Positions 13,201-25,734 are shown, numbered from the stretch's first letter. The stretch: 64,000 bases of DNA from Azolla caroliniana (GCA_043228905.1 JBHGNT010000011.1:18786001-18850000), one strand, 5' to 3'. Notes: generated from the sequence alone by a model not told the origin. Numbers and translations: made by a program.

Positions 13201-16200
13201 TGAAGGTACCAAAAGCGTAGCAGGGTTGACCAAGTGTTCCATCAGCTTTGTGTAATTCTTTAATGTTTCTAGAATCCATGACTCCCTGCTTAATTTATCA
13301 CCCTTCTCAACTTCCACATTTCCTGCTTCTGTTTCCATAGGCAAAGAGGTCCAAAGAAGCTGACTTGTTGCCTCAAAGGTAGTTAATAGCTCCTTGAGAG
13401 TACCATGAGCATACAAGTGATTGACCATACTCGTATTGCAGTTTCTCTTCCTACTGTCCATTATTACTACCGCTGTTATGTCTTCAACAACTTTGCCCAA
13501 ATACCTACACTTCACAGATACTGATGCTTCTGATGACGAGGATGATGGGCCTCCAATGCCTGTGAACTCAAGATTTTTTAGGAAAAGGGTGGCCAAATAA
13601 GAGGCAATGGTGGTGTTTACTGGATTCACTGAATCATATCCATCACGATGACGAGAAGGAACTGCAGTGGCCTTGACAACTAGAGTAACATAGAATCCCC
13701 TTGCAGCAACTGCTAATCGTGTCATCATCTCATAACACATTGTTTCTGCAGACTTGTCCCCATTGGATTCCAAATCACCGCGGACAGTACGAACAGCAGC
13801 ATTACGTGTACGTGCCAGGCGGTCTAATCGAGCCACATGATTCCAAAGCTCAGTTTCCATAGTCTCTCTTCGAGTTCGGCGATCATGTTGCTCAGCGGGT
13901 AACAAAGGAATTAGATCAGATTCAAATCCCCAGCGGCTTCGAGATCCTCCTCCATACCTAATCACAGGGGCTGCTTCAGGTTCGTCTTCATTGTCCCTTA
14001 CTTCACCTTCAGTGTCTATAGCTATGGCTGACTTGCTTGCAGATTCTTCATCTCTACTTGGTTCAATTTTAGCATCATCTACAAGAGAAATTTGCCATAG
14101 CACCCATCTATGAATGCTACCTATATCATCAAAAAGATCACTACCTGCAGTATTAATTTCTGTCATCATAAGAGTAACAGTTCGCAAAAGACAGGTTACA
14201 AGGGACAGATAACACTGTGTTGCAGAGAGGTTCTTTGCCACCTTCTCTCGTGATGCAGCCTCTATATCTGAGAACTTCATAGAGACCAGTGAGTCAGCTG
14301 TTTTCTTCATATGCTCCTTCAAGGCTTTACAAACTGCTTTTGCAAGAGTGCCAGCATGCTGTGATGAAAAAGCTCTAAACGTCGAAAATATGTTGAAAGC
14401 AGTCGGAGATCCTCCAAATGAAACAGGCAAAAGGGGAAGAGTGAAGAGCTTAAGAAGGTCTTCAATGCCTTTCTTCTCAATAAATGCTCGGCAAGTATCT
14501 GCATTTTGAAATATAGTCTCTAGCATTTGTACAGTGTTATTTATGCACTCAGGGAGAAAAGCTTCAGTGCCAATATCACTGCCTGACTCATTTTGAACTG
14601 CTTTGGATTCCTCCTCTTTGTGATTACTTGCTGCCTGTTGTTCTGCGTCCATATCCATGGGAGTAGGCATGTCGGAATCTTCTGTCTCAGGTGTGTCAAC
14701 ACCTCCAATCATTCTGATCCTCTTGAGTATGTTGATACATGCATCTACTCCTGGACCTCGCAATGGGGGTGCATGGCGCATCAGTTCATCTAATCCTGAA
14801 GCTATTGTTGCTGGTGTATCCCCACCCAATGCTTTGAGGTAAGACTTGGATGTGAAGATCTTCACAAAGCACTCCAACACTTTAGAATCAAGAACAGCTT
14901 GTAAACCAGCATGGTTAAGACACAATGCATCCAATGCATGGGGTATGCATGCAACAGCATCTGAAGAGGGTAGAACATCAGCAGTTATGGCGTCCAGAAA
15001 AGCAGTTGGCAAACCAGCAGCATCAAGAGTTGGAAAGCAGGTAGGATCCTTATTTATAAGATCACTCATCACAGAGGCTGCTAAAGAAAACACACCACCT
15101 CCAAACTCTTTAGCGTGCCTGAAGATTGTGCACAAGCATGCAGGAAGAGCACTCTCCTCTGATCCATGCAACCTTGTGGTGTTACCAGAAGCATAGGTTC
15201 CAAGTGCAATGGCACGCAACAATGCCTTGAGCAACAGGCGATGACGGTAAGGGACAAGAATCTCATGCTGAGAGCTACAAACCGTAATATTGCTATCAGA
15301 CACTTCCATTTCTCCTTGTTCATCTTTAGCTCTGTGCTCAATGTGAGTTACCTCATATTGCAACCTTGTGATAGTGTCATCAAGACCACCCAAATCTCTG
15401 AACAAATTCCCTGCTGGATTACTGTAATCCATAAAAGCCTCAAGGATATGGACAGCAGATATTACAAGATCAATATGGTGTAGACTTGTATCTTTTAGAA
15501 GGGGTAGTAGCGTGGGTATGAGGCCTGCTTCCCTTAGTGCAGCACAACCAGCAGACGAAGAAACTAGAACAGTTACCAGGAAAAGAAGAGCTTCTGCGAA
15601 TGGAATTGAACATGTATCTGACGCACTTGTTAAGGAGGCAACTGCTTTTTGCACCAGACTTGGTAATACACCCCTATGTCCACCAGCACTAACAACATTC
15701 AAAACATTTGACTGGCGAGGCCGATCTTGGGCCTGTGCAGCCAAGGCCCGAAGAGCTAAAATCCTAATATCCTCTGGAACTGCATCTTCTGACTGCAAAA
15801 GTGCTACCAATTCATTCACAAATTCGGGCTCATTCACGAAAAAGGCTGTCAGATCTTCATGATCTGGGTTTGATTGCAATAGAGCGGTGAATGCTAAGAG
15901 ACGAATGCAAATGAACTGCCTTCGAATTTGTAGAGTATGAAATGCCCTCGCAAATCTTAAACGAGTAAACAAAGAGAATCTCAATTTCACAGGCACATGA
16001 TACTGATCTACTAGCTTTTTGAAAAGCAATAGGTCACTTTCTGGCCTCATATATACATCGGGAATGTGTATAACTTGCTGTCCCAAACACAATGCTGCAG
16101 AATCCGATTCTTCACCAGACAGGGTATCTGCATAGAACTCATAATGAAGGGTCGATGCCAGCTGAAAAGCATCAGCATCACAACCATCTTGAACTGCACA

Positions 16201-18684
16201 TGATAACAGCCCAAGTCCTTCTTCCTTACCCCCCCATCCCTGAGATAGAGAGAAAAGGTGCCCATTAAAGACAGAGTCACCATGCCATCGGACAGACCTG
16301 GTAGACTGAGCTGGCTTTTTCACAAGTGCAGCCAATGTCTGTAGTGCAGCAATGACAACCACAGAATTCGTCGATGCGAGTAATGACAAAAGATTCTGAA
16401 AACAATGCACAAATAATTAGTATTGATAATAGAAAATATACACTTGACCATTTACAGGAAAATGGTACCCCCAACTCCACAAAAATATGAAGGCATAGAA
16501 GGAACATTACTATAAAGATTTCATTGCCTACTCCTTTGCCTAGTTTACTATCAATGTATGGAAAATTCTGAATTTCCTGCACAAAGCCTGTGTTCAGAGT
16601 TTTCCTTATCATCTGAATTCTATATATAGTTTGTCTCTTTATCTTGTTACCGCCCTCCTGTTTGCACTTCATAAATGAGCATTGGTAAAGTTTCTTGATA
16701 TGTTTAAATCATATGGTTTCTCCCTTGTGTGTCACTCGCTACATCTTTATTTGACATTATTTACCCCTATCTGGATAGATATGCTACATTGTGTTTTCCC
16801 CCACAACAACTTTATTTTCCATTTGCTGCTCAATATGTCCACAAATGAGAATGTAGAATGTTGGAAAGGAAGTCCTAAAATACTAGAGGAATATTCTTCC
16901 TCATTGAATCTAAGTTTCAACAGTCTTGACAGAGATTCCCCAATTTTTCATTAATTCACTCCTCTATATACATGAATTAGTCGTGAAACAACTTTATTTT
17001 TCGTTTGCTGCTCAATATGTCCACATATGAGAAGGCAGAATGTTGGAAATGAAGTCCTCGAATACTAATAGGAATCTTCTTCCTCGTTGCATCTAAATTG
17101 TTACAGTCTTGATAGAGATTCCCCAATTTTTCATTAATTCACTCTTCTATACACATGAATTAGTAGAAAATATGCATTCCACATACCTAACATGGACACA
17201 ACAGTGCATCATAAAATAACTAGCCTAAGGCTAACAGCTAGAAAGAAAAAAAAAAAAATATGCAACAAGTATACAGCTGTTCGTGACACTTATCATCAAG
17301 GATCTAAGGAAGCAATAGCAGATAGGATTTTCTGCAGTCCATTGCTTAACTGCTCAATTACAAATACCTTACTTAAATTGACTTATTAAATATATCTCCT
17401 TGCCAAGTTGAACATCTTAACAAAAGAAGGGTTCTTCTATTAAAAAAGGGTACCTCATGTGATCTGTAGAGATATTTGTTCGCACAATTTTCGAAGATGA
17501 TCCGAGAGACCCGCAGAATCTCAAAAAGAGCGCCTTCGGGTAACTCCTCCTGGGGCTCTAGATAGTCTTCATCCAACTGTAGGTCTTTCCTTGGCTTTAT
17601 GTACTTCTCGAAAAAGAGGTCAAAGTGCTGAAAGAGATCTGTCCAGTGATGATAATCTCCCTATAGCCCAGGTTTCAACACAAGATAGTCATAAAATAGT
17701 TCAAAGCAATATTTGACAATGCAGATCAAGAACAAAATTTACCTTCTCATAATTCCAACAAAACCCAGACAGTGGATCTTGGATATTCTCCAAAGGGGTA
17801 CTTGTAACGCTCGATATAAATTTTTTAACATTTGCAGGCTGCAGAAGGGCAATAAAAAAACAATATACCCCAAGTTTTTGCTTCTCATTAAACTTTACCA
17901 GAGTATTGAGCACATATTACATTATTCTAAGTAGGTCCAACATATAGTGATTAGCCTGACTGATGGATTACGCCACATGTATTGGTCTAACCTCCTATGA
18001 TGATATATTAGGTCATATATAACCAAATGCTACACACACAAGTATGATAGATTATGTCATATAACGTGATTAAAACCAACTGATGGATCAGACCATGTAA
18101 TAGCAGTATAACCATAAGATGATCCATTAGTCCATATATGCAGTGATTAGACAAATTGATGATCAGGTCATATACAGCAGTCAACAAACTCTAACTGATA
18201 AATGGATTAGGTCATAATACATATGTTCCGGTATAACCCCATATGATGATAGATTAGCTCATAATACATACACAGTGAGGTCATATGTAGTGGAGGAGAT
18301 CCATACGATGACAGGTTAGACCATATAAATTGTTTAAACACATCAGATTATATCGTGTACGGTGTTCTAAACCGGTGATGATAGATTAAATGCTATATCA
18401 CACACTAAGCCATTATGATGATGTACTCGACCATATATAGAGGCACTACCCAATTCTTATACAAAATAGTGATCTAAACCTATATGCTCACGAATTAAAT
18501 CATATATAGTGATAACCAAACTGATACAACATGTACTTTTCTTCCAATCCAAGACCTAATTCACACACACACAAATGTCCTTGTTTTGTGAATAACATTT
18601 AAAAAAAGCAACATAATCTAATGAAAGATGAAGAAAAGAAAATTCACTTACCGCATCAGCGCCTCTTTTCTTCCGAGGTTTCAT
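4208..18684 (-). CDS. UPL1: HECT E3 ubiquitin ligase, UPL1/UPL2 (HUWE1/Tom1) type, about 3754 aa, 15 coding exons
   Basis: GT-AG exons read by eye: 18652-18684, 17743-17838, 17454-17660, 8557-16395, 8121-8462, 7819-8029, 7455-7738, 7063-7388, 5865-6987, 5579-5725, 5419-5499, 4877-5102, 4660-4799, 4428-4534, 4208-4310. They sum to 11265 nt, a multiple of 3. Motifs: ARM-like N-terminus, UBA ([15 protein letters not shown]), UIM ([12 protein letters not shown]), acidic tract, UBM repeats ([18 protein letters not shown]), HECT ([15 protein letters not shown], catalytic AHTCFNQL, terminal EGFGFG). UPL1 and UPL2 cannot be distinguished. Confidence 0.96.
16806..17163. repeat. Two-copy tandem duplication of about 180 bp in UPL intron 3
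   Basis: The unit acaactttatttt...gattccccaatttttcattaattcactc...catgaattagt occurs at about 16806-16980 and 16988-17163. Confidence 0.9.
17945..18520. repeat. Degenerate minisatellite with about 40-bp period in UPL intron 1
   Basis: A TGATRGATTAGGTCATAT-like core recurs at about 17961, 18001, 18045, 18081, 18120, 18157, 18201, 18247, 18309, 18379 and 18419, with divergent linkers. Confidence 0.7.
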
Positions 18685-19158
18685 GGAAGCAACTCAGTCT
18701 CTATCGCCAACACAGAATAATCTCTCAATCCATCCACCACCTTTCTTTCGTTCATACAGTAAACCCTGGTGAAGCTGAAGACTGATCAGAGGACCCTCCC
18801 CCCACCCAAAAAAACAGGTTTCAGGTTTCGGATTCCAATTCCAAGTGATTTTCAGTATCTGGTTACAAAGGCAGAGATCATAAAAAACGGAGAGAGGAAG
18901 GAAGGAAGAGGGTGGGGGGGGAGGACAAGACAGAGGTTTGAGAGATCCAAGAGAGAGCTCGACGTTTGGGATTTGTTTTCTTTTCTTTTCTGATGATGAC
19001 TTCAGAGAGAGGGAGAGCGACTGTCTGCTTCCTTCCCACTTCTTCTCCTTCGTTAGCTCTGTGCAGCAGCAATCAACGACGACAATAGAAGCAGCAGGAG
19101 AAGGAGGAGGCGGAGTAGCAGAAGGAGCAACGAAGAAGAACACCAACAAAAGGACCCA

Positions 19159-19280
19159 TTTTTATTTTTATTTTTATTTTTATTTTTATTTTTATTTTTA
19201 TTTTTATTTTTATTTTTATTTTTCTTTTTCTTTTTCTTTTTTATTTTTTTTTTAATTTTTTTTTAATTTTTTATTTTTTT
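19159..19280. repeat. (TTTTTA)n microsatellite and T-rich tract upstream of UPL
   Basis: About ten TTTTTA units followed by T-rich sequence. Confidence 0.9.
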
Positions 19281-22200
19281 AACCCCTTTTTCCTTCCTCT
19301 CTCCATTCTACAAAATTTTCTATTCAGAAAATTCTCAGGAAAAATATACCTATTTATTTATCGATAAGGCAAAATTCAATCAATTAATTAAGTAATATTT
19401 ACTTATTCATTCATTTTATCTATTTTATTTATTTATTTATTTTTATTTGGTTCACATCATTATAGTTTTGCTATTCTTTTTTTAATTATATATATAAATA
19501 ATAATAACAAGATGGACTTAAAAAACATGCCTTAGAAGGAAATCCCTTCCCTTCCCATGTTCTTCTCCATCCCATCCCATCCTCTCGTGTGTCTTCATTC
19601 ATTCGTTTATGTGTGAATGAACCCTCCTGCCTGAATGCGCCCAGCTCGATTTGCATTTGTCCCGAGATTGATCCATATATCCGCCTCGTAGATGGTCGGC
19701 CATGTTGCATCTCAACCAATCTAATGTGAGAACCATGTCAATACATTGGTGTTTAAAAGAGCTCACTCGTCCTTCCATCTTTTGGATGCATGTCCATCTA
19801 CCATTGCATGGTCTAAAATATATATATATATATATAGCCTTGTCAATACAACGTATTCTTCTTGTCCACTTCTTTGATTTCGTTTCTCGGTCCCACCTTG
19901 AGTAGCGCTTATGTGGCTCCTACTTGTCCTACATCAAGGTATGAGATTTACATATGTTGGGATGCATCCATGAATCAAGGTAGGTGATGTATCTTGAGTA
20001 TAAAAGTTGTTTGATGTCAACATGCATGCATAAGGTAGGATACAAATTTTCGAGAAGGTTTTTTGTGGTGCATACTCCAGTATGACGGCAAAATACTTTG
20101 AGTGGCTAACTATAACATACGGGAACCACATGGATACATCTCGAGCTTGTTCATCGTTGCAAAGCACGTAATGGATTCTCTCATGTTGGAACCTTTGGAC
20201 TGTGTGGTGGAAATGGCTACCAATGTTCTTTTGAGCTTCAAAACTCATGGATTTATATTACAATAATGAATTGAATGCTAGGATTTTCACAAGCATGTCA
20301 ATCAAAAGGGTCATGCAGAGGAGCCAATATTATTCTTCGAGCATATTCTACATCTATCAAAGTTACGGTTTTCTTTCAATTTAAAGCAACAATCATGTCA
20401 ATAGCACTTTGATTTTTGATTTTTGTGTTGAACCATAAACATTTTCCCTCGAAGCCACAAAAAGGAATAACATTAATCTAGGTTAAATACAATTGATATC
20501 ATTGTGGACAAGTAGTTTGATCAACAACAAATTTTATAACTATGAACCTCGTAAAAAGAAATCTATGAGCATAATGCAATGGATTTTGAATCCATGGTCT
20601 ACCTCATTATATTCTAATCCCTTTGAAGCAAAAAAACCATACACGATTCCACGTAAACGATGATTTGACCATAGTAGTTTTTTCAAAATTAAATTATCTA
20701 ATTACTATTTTAGTAAATGTCTTTACAATGGAAAGCAACTTGGTGCTTTGTTGTTCTATGCTCATCGATTCATGAACAATCAATCAAAGACTCATTAGAG
20801 AGCAGTGTTAGGAACTAAGGCCGTTAGTGTGGAATCATAAACAACACCTCGACTTGAAGATCATTGAGTGTGCAAGTGAGAGCAAGATCTCATAGCAGAA
20901 TGAGAGAGAAAGAAAGAGAGAGAGACCAAGAGGCACACAGGATGTAATTTTATTACTCAAACTCAATGTTACAAAACAATGGCGGCAATAACCAAGATGA
21001 ACAACAACAACAAACTAGGTTACAAAAGTGCATTATATATTAATTGGGCTAGGCCAACTGCCCTTTAACATATTTATAGAATTGTCCTAAATCTAATTTG
21101 TCCAAGATACAATGTGAATATAGCCATTATAGACCAATATTTGACACTCTCCCGCAATGGGCATATACAACGGAAATCTGTAGTAAAGAAGGTAAATGGT
21201 CAATACATATTTGTAAAAGGTCATCAAACAAATTAGATTTCTATTCGAGTCGGTAAACTCCGAAAAACAGAAGGCCGAATCGGTCAGGGTTGGAGAAACT
21301 GAGACTGAACCTCGAATTGTCGATGATGATTGTCCGAAACCATCCTAAATGTCCGACTCAATCAGACTAATTTTTCATTACGCCCATCTAGTGCCGAAGG
21401 GATCGGAATTGATCCGCCGAAAAACACTTAGTCATCCCATCTACGACATTATCAGATGTAGGTATCTTCTTGAGGCCGATTTTCCCTGAAATGACGTAGT
21501 CCCGAACAAAGTGATATCTCGCGTCGATCTGTTTCGAGGCGTTGTGCTAAACCGGATTTTTCGACAAAGCGACAACACCTTGACTATCGTTGTAGACAAC
21601 TAGAGCTGAGCCGAATTTGGCTTGTCGAAACGTGCAAGCTAGCCAAACAAGCCATAAGGCTTATTTCGCCACGTCGGATGCGGTTATGTATTCAACCTCG
21701 ATCGTTGATGTGGCAGTGCACTCTTGAAGTTTCGATTTCCACAAGATCGCTCCATTGACGAATTTGAAACAATAACCGGTTGTCGATTTTCGACTGTCCA
21801 CACAACCAGCAAAGTCAGAATCAGTATAACCGACTACGCCTGATGCATCATTCGGGCCGATTGCCAAAGTCTTTTGTGCCCACCAGATATCTGAACACAT
21901 GTTTGATTGCGTTCTAGTGTGATCGACCAGGATTGTGCATGAATCTGCTGACGACTGCTGCGACATGAACAATGTCAAGCTGTGTCACGACCATTGCGTA
22001 CATCAAGGAATCGACTGCCGATGCATACAATATCGACTTCATAATTTCCCCCTCCGAACCGGATGTCGTGCAGTCTCGTTGAGACAGCCAAAGATTAATT
22101 GGGAGCAGGGTCGAAACAGATCTGGTCTATTGCATGTTGAAGTGTTCTAAGACACGTCCAATATAGTCAGATTGAGACAAAAACTAATGTCGTTGATTCT

Positions 22201-22326
22201 TATTCAAAGTTATCTTCATCGTGAGAATGTGTTGTGCCAGACCAAGGTCCTTCATTGCAAACTTCAATCGCAGTTGTCGAACAAGTTCGGCGAGATCTCC
22301 AGCATGTCGACAGGAGAGTAGCATGT

Positions 22327-22813
22327 TGTTGGGAATTCGGTCCCTCCGGATGGGATCCGATGTGAATCGGATCCAGGGACATATCTATAAATATGTTTCT
22401 AGTGTGCCTATCATGGCCATATTTGTAAATAGTCCTAAAGTCATATAAGTATAAATATGACTTAGGGCAATCACTTTTGTGTAGAAGTTGGTTGTTATCA
22501 TTATTATTGTATAGAGAGAAACACACACACAAAGAGAGAGTGAGAGAGAGTGAGATATAGAAAGCTTTTCTGTTGTAACCGTTGGTCGACGAAGACATAG
22601 AGCTCGAGGTCGTTGCCTCTGAGTCTCGCATTCTATTCTCTTAGAGATAGTTGGAGTTTGTGGGCTCCCATGGTTTTTCCCGATTAGGGTTTTCCACATA
22701 AACATCTGGTGTCATCTAATTCTGTGTAAGTACACTAATCGTCTTATTCTTATTCTCTATTTTCTTCCATTGTGAGTTTGAGACTCGGTTGTGGCCAAGC
22801 GCTATTCCTCTCA
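22327..22813 (+). mobile_element. Solo LTR of the same lineage as the 30-3086 and 28369-33971 Copias
   Basis: Starts TGTTGGGAATTCGGTCCCTCCGGATGG and ends CA. Perfect TSD CATGT at 22322-22326 and 22814-22818. Confidence 0.92.
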
Positions 22814-23606
22814 CATGTCATTCATGTAGATGATGAGGAAGATGGGAGACCCATCCCGAGTTGTTTTGGTGAAGAGGCAGTGGTCCTCGTCGTTTTTGGA
22901 GAAGTCGACTAATTGGATGAAGTCGTCAAACTTCTTATACCATTGTCTTGGTGCTTGCTTTAGGCCGTATAAACTCTTCATGAGTCGGCAAACTAGATGT
23001 TCCTGGTCGGATGCCACAAAGCCTTTCGGCTGCTCCATATAGATTTCCTCCTCTATGTCATGGACACACCAACTGTGGATTGGGACGAAGCACGGATGAT
23101 GGGGCTATAAGAGACATGCTACGAACTTGAAGCTAAAAGTGATGAGGCTAGGAACTCTAGAAGTTGTGAGTGACATGAGAGCATGAACACATAGATGAAG
23201 AAGTTGACAAGATGGAATGAAACGAGAATTATACTAGATTGATGTGTCAATGAGTGGTGTTGAATCCCTTGAAAGGGACCAAGGAGGTTACAAGTATTTA
23301 TACAAGTTCCGAGATCGAATATCTCTATAATATAATCGAGAAATATCTCTAGAATATACTAACGACTAGAATATTCTAATTTTGAAATTTATTATCCGCT
23401 AGATTATAGAATACTACACCATTATATACAAATGTATGCTCATGTCAAAATGTTTGAGCATGACATCTTGTTGATGTGAGGTTGCAGGTTCAATCCTCAC
23501 CAACTATGTATTTGATGTCACTGTGTCGTGACATTATCCTCCCCTTTATGGCCTCCTTTTCGAAAGCGTGGTGTAGGGGTGAACAGGAGTTGGAGCACCG
23601 ATGGGG

Positions 23607-23880
23607 GTGAGCGAGCATGTGTCGTCCTCACCGGAGACACAAACACCAACGAGCGTGAGTGACCATGTGCGGTCCTCACTGGAGACATGAATACCAACCG
23701 ATGTGACCAACCATGTGCGGTCCTCACCGGAGACACGAATACCAACAGGCATGAGCGACCATGTGTGGTCCTCACTAGGAACTGGAACACTAACGGGAGT
23801 GAGCGATCATGAAGCCCTCACCGGGAACTAGAACACGAACATACGTAAGTGACCATGTGTGATCCTCACTGGGAACTTGA
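23607..23880. repeat. 48-bp tandem repeat, about 6 copies, inside the TRIM-like element
   Basis: Consensus is approximately gtgagcgaccatgtgcggtcctcaccggagacacgaataccaacgggc. It produces the 16-aa periodicity in ORF 23518-23790. Confidence 0.88.
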
Positions 23881-23986
23881 AGAACAACGAGCAAAGGAGT
23901 GCAGGTGAAGCGGTCGACTCGACTTCTTCTATCATGAGAGGGTAAATTGTCGAGGTTGACCCAAAACATGTCACAAACGGTAGTGC

Positions 23987-24320
23987 TAGCGAGAAACCAA
24001 TGTGATCCCCACTAGGAAAGTGAGCGGTTGTGACCCCCACCGAAACTAGAAGGTGAGCGATCGAAATCGATCCTCGTCAAAAGAAAGTGGAGTGAAATGT
24101 AGACCAAAATGCAAGCGAGCAACGATTCGATCCCCACCAGGAAAGTGAGCGGTTGTAACCCCCACCGGAACTGGGAAGGTGAGCGATCAAAGGAAAGTGG
24201 AGTGAAACTTGAACCGAAATGAAAATGGAGTGCAAACGAGCAATGATTCGATCCCCACCAGAAAAGTGAGATGTTGTAACCCCCACCGGAACTGTGAAGG
24301 TGAGCGATCGAAATCAATCC
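23987..24320. repeat. About 120-bp tandem repeat, 3 copies, inside the TRIM-like element
   Basis: gatccccacYaggaaagtgagcggttgtRacccccaccgRaact...aaggtgagcgatc occurs three times. Confidence 0.85.
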
Positions 24321-25734
24321 GTTTGATGAAGACAACAAGTGGTGTTGAAAATGATGATGTCAAAGACAATGCAGCGATGATGATGATGAGGAGGAGGAAG
24401 CGTCTCTAAAACCAAGGATGTTGATGACGGTAACTCTAGAAGCAAGTATTGTGACGATGGTAACTCTAAAAGCAAGGGCGATGACGAAGACGGGCGATGC
24501 TTCCAATTGGAAGCAATTCAAACTGTCACGGGCACACCAACCGCGGACTGGGACGGACCACGGATGATGGGGCTATAAGCGACAGGCTACGAACTTGGAG
24601 CTAGAAGTGACGAGGCTAGGAACTCTAGAAGTTGTGAGCGACATGAGAGCATTAACAAAGAGATGAAGAAGGAGACAAGATGGAATGAAATGAGAATACT
24701 GGATTGATGCGTCAATGACTGGTGTTGAATCCCATGAAAGGGACCAAGGAGGTTCCAACTATTTATACACATTCCGAGATTGAATATCTCTAGAATATAC
24801 TCATCTAGAATATACTGTACAATATCTTTAGAATATATTAACGACTAGAATATTCTGATTCTGAAATGTACCATACGCTAGACTATAGAATACTACACCA
24901 TTATGTACAAATATATGCTCATGTCAAAATGGTTGAGCATGATATCTTGTTGATGTGAGGTTGCAAGTTCAATCCTCGCCAACTATGTATTTTATGCCAT
25001 TGTGTCGTGACACTCTAGGTCATCGTGGAGGAATGTTGTTTTTATATCTAGCTGAATCAACTCTAGGTCTTCGGTTGCCACTATGCCGAGCATGAAGCGA
25101 AGAGTCGTCATTTTTACCACTGGTGGAAAAATCTCATCGAAGTCGACACCATATTCTTGTCGGAAACCCTTCGCGACTAATCTGGCCTTGAATTTTGGGG
25201 TGGCCGAATCAAATGTCTATCTTAATCTATAGACCCACTTGCATGGAAGAGCACATCGATTTTTCGGTAGTTCGACCAAGTCCCAAGTTTTGTTTGCCCG
25301 AATGGAGTTCATTTCCGACTCCATCGTCAAATGCCATGTGGCCGAATTGACTGATGTTGATACTTCTTCGTATGACGTGGGTTCACTAGTGTCCATGAAG
25401 AAGATTCCAAGAGAGTATCTCACAGGGGGTTGCGATAGTCTCTCAGATCTTCGAGGTATGATAGGACTAGTCACATCCAGTGTCAGAGTCACGTGGTCCA
25501 AAGCTGAATTATTCGGTTGTGCCAAGTTGGTGTGAGAGGATTTGGCTACCCGTGAAGCCGACCTCGTGTTATGGGTTGGGCCTTCGTGAAGCGGCGACAC
25601 ATCTGAAAAAATTACCCTTCGAACTTCAATAGGCGTTTCGGTCGTCTTATGCACAACTGACTTATTGAACACTACGTCTGAACTTCGGACGATTTGTCTA
25701 TTGCCGATGTCCCAAAGTCGGTATTTGAACTCAC

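Larger units (their letters stand above)
23056..25012 (-). mobile_element. Non-autonomous LTR retroelement (TRIM/LARD-like, probably Gypsy/chromovirus-derived)
   Basis: LTRs 23056-23533 and 24524-25012 (TGTCA...TGACA). Perfect TSD CTCTA at 23051-23055 and 25013-25017. Minus-strand PPT AAAGGGGAGGATAA next to the left LTR. The roughly 1-kb interior is tandem repeats with no gag/pol motifs. Confidence 0.92.

Noticed and set aside
8595-15862. Plus-strand ORFs opposite the giant UPL exon
   Set aside because: Antisense shadows with no domain evidence.
18694-19255. ORFs upstream of the UPL start codon
   Set aside because: Low-complexity 5' UTR or promoter sequence and a microsatellite translation.
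19934-20248. 104-aa minus-strand ORF
   Set aside because: No recognisable family and no splice-linked partner exons.
23436-23502. Calling the LTR module a genuine tRNA gene
   Set aside because: The D-loop is oversized and the stems are irregular, so it is reported only as a tRNA-like module.
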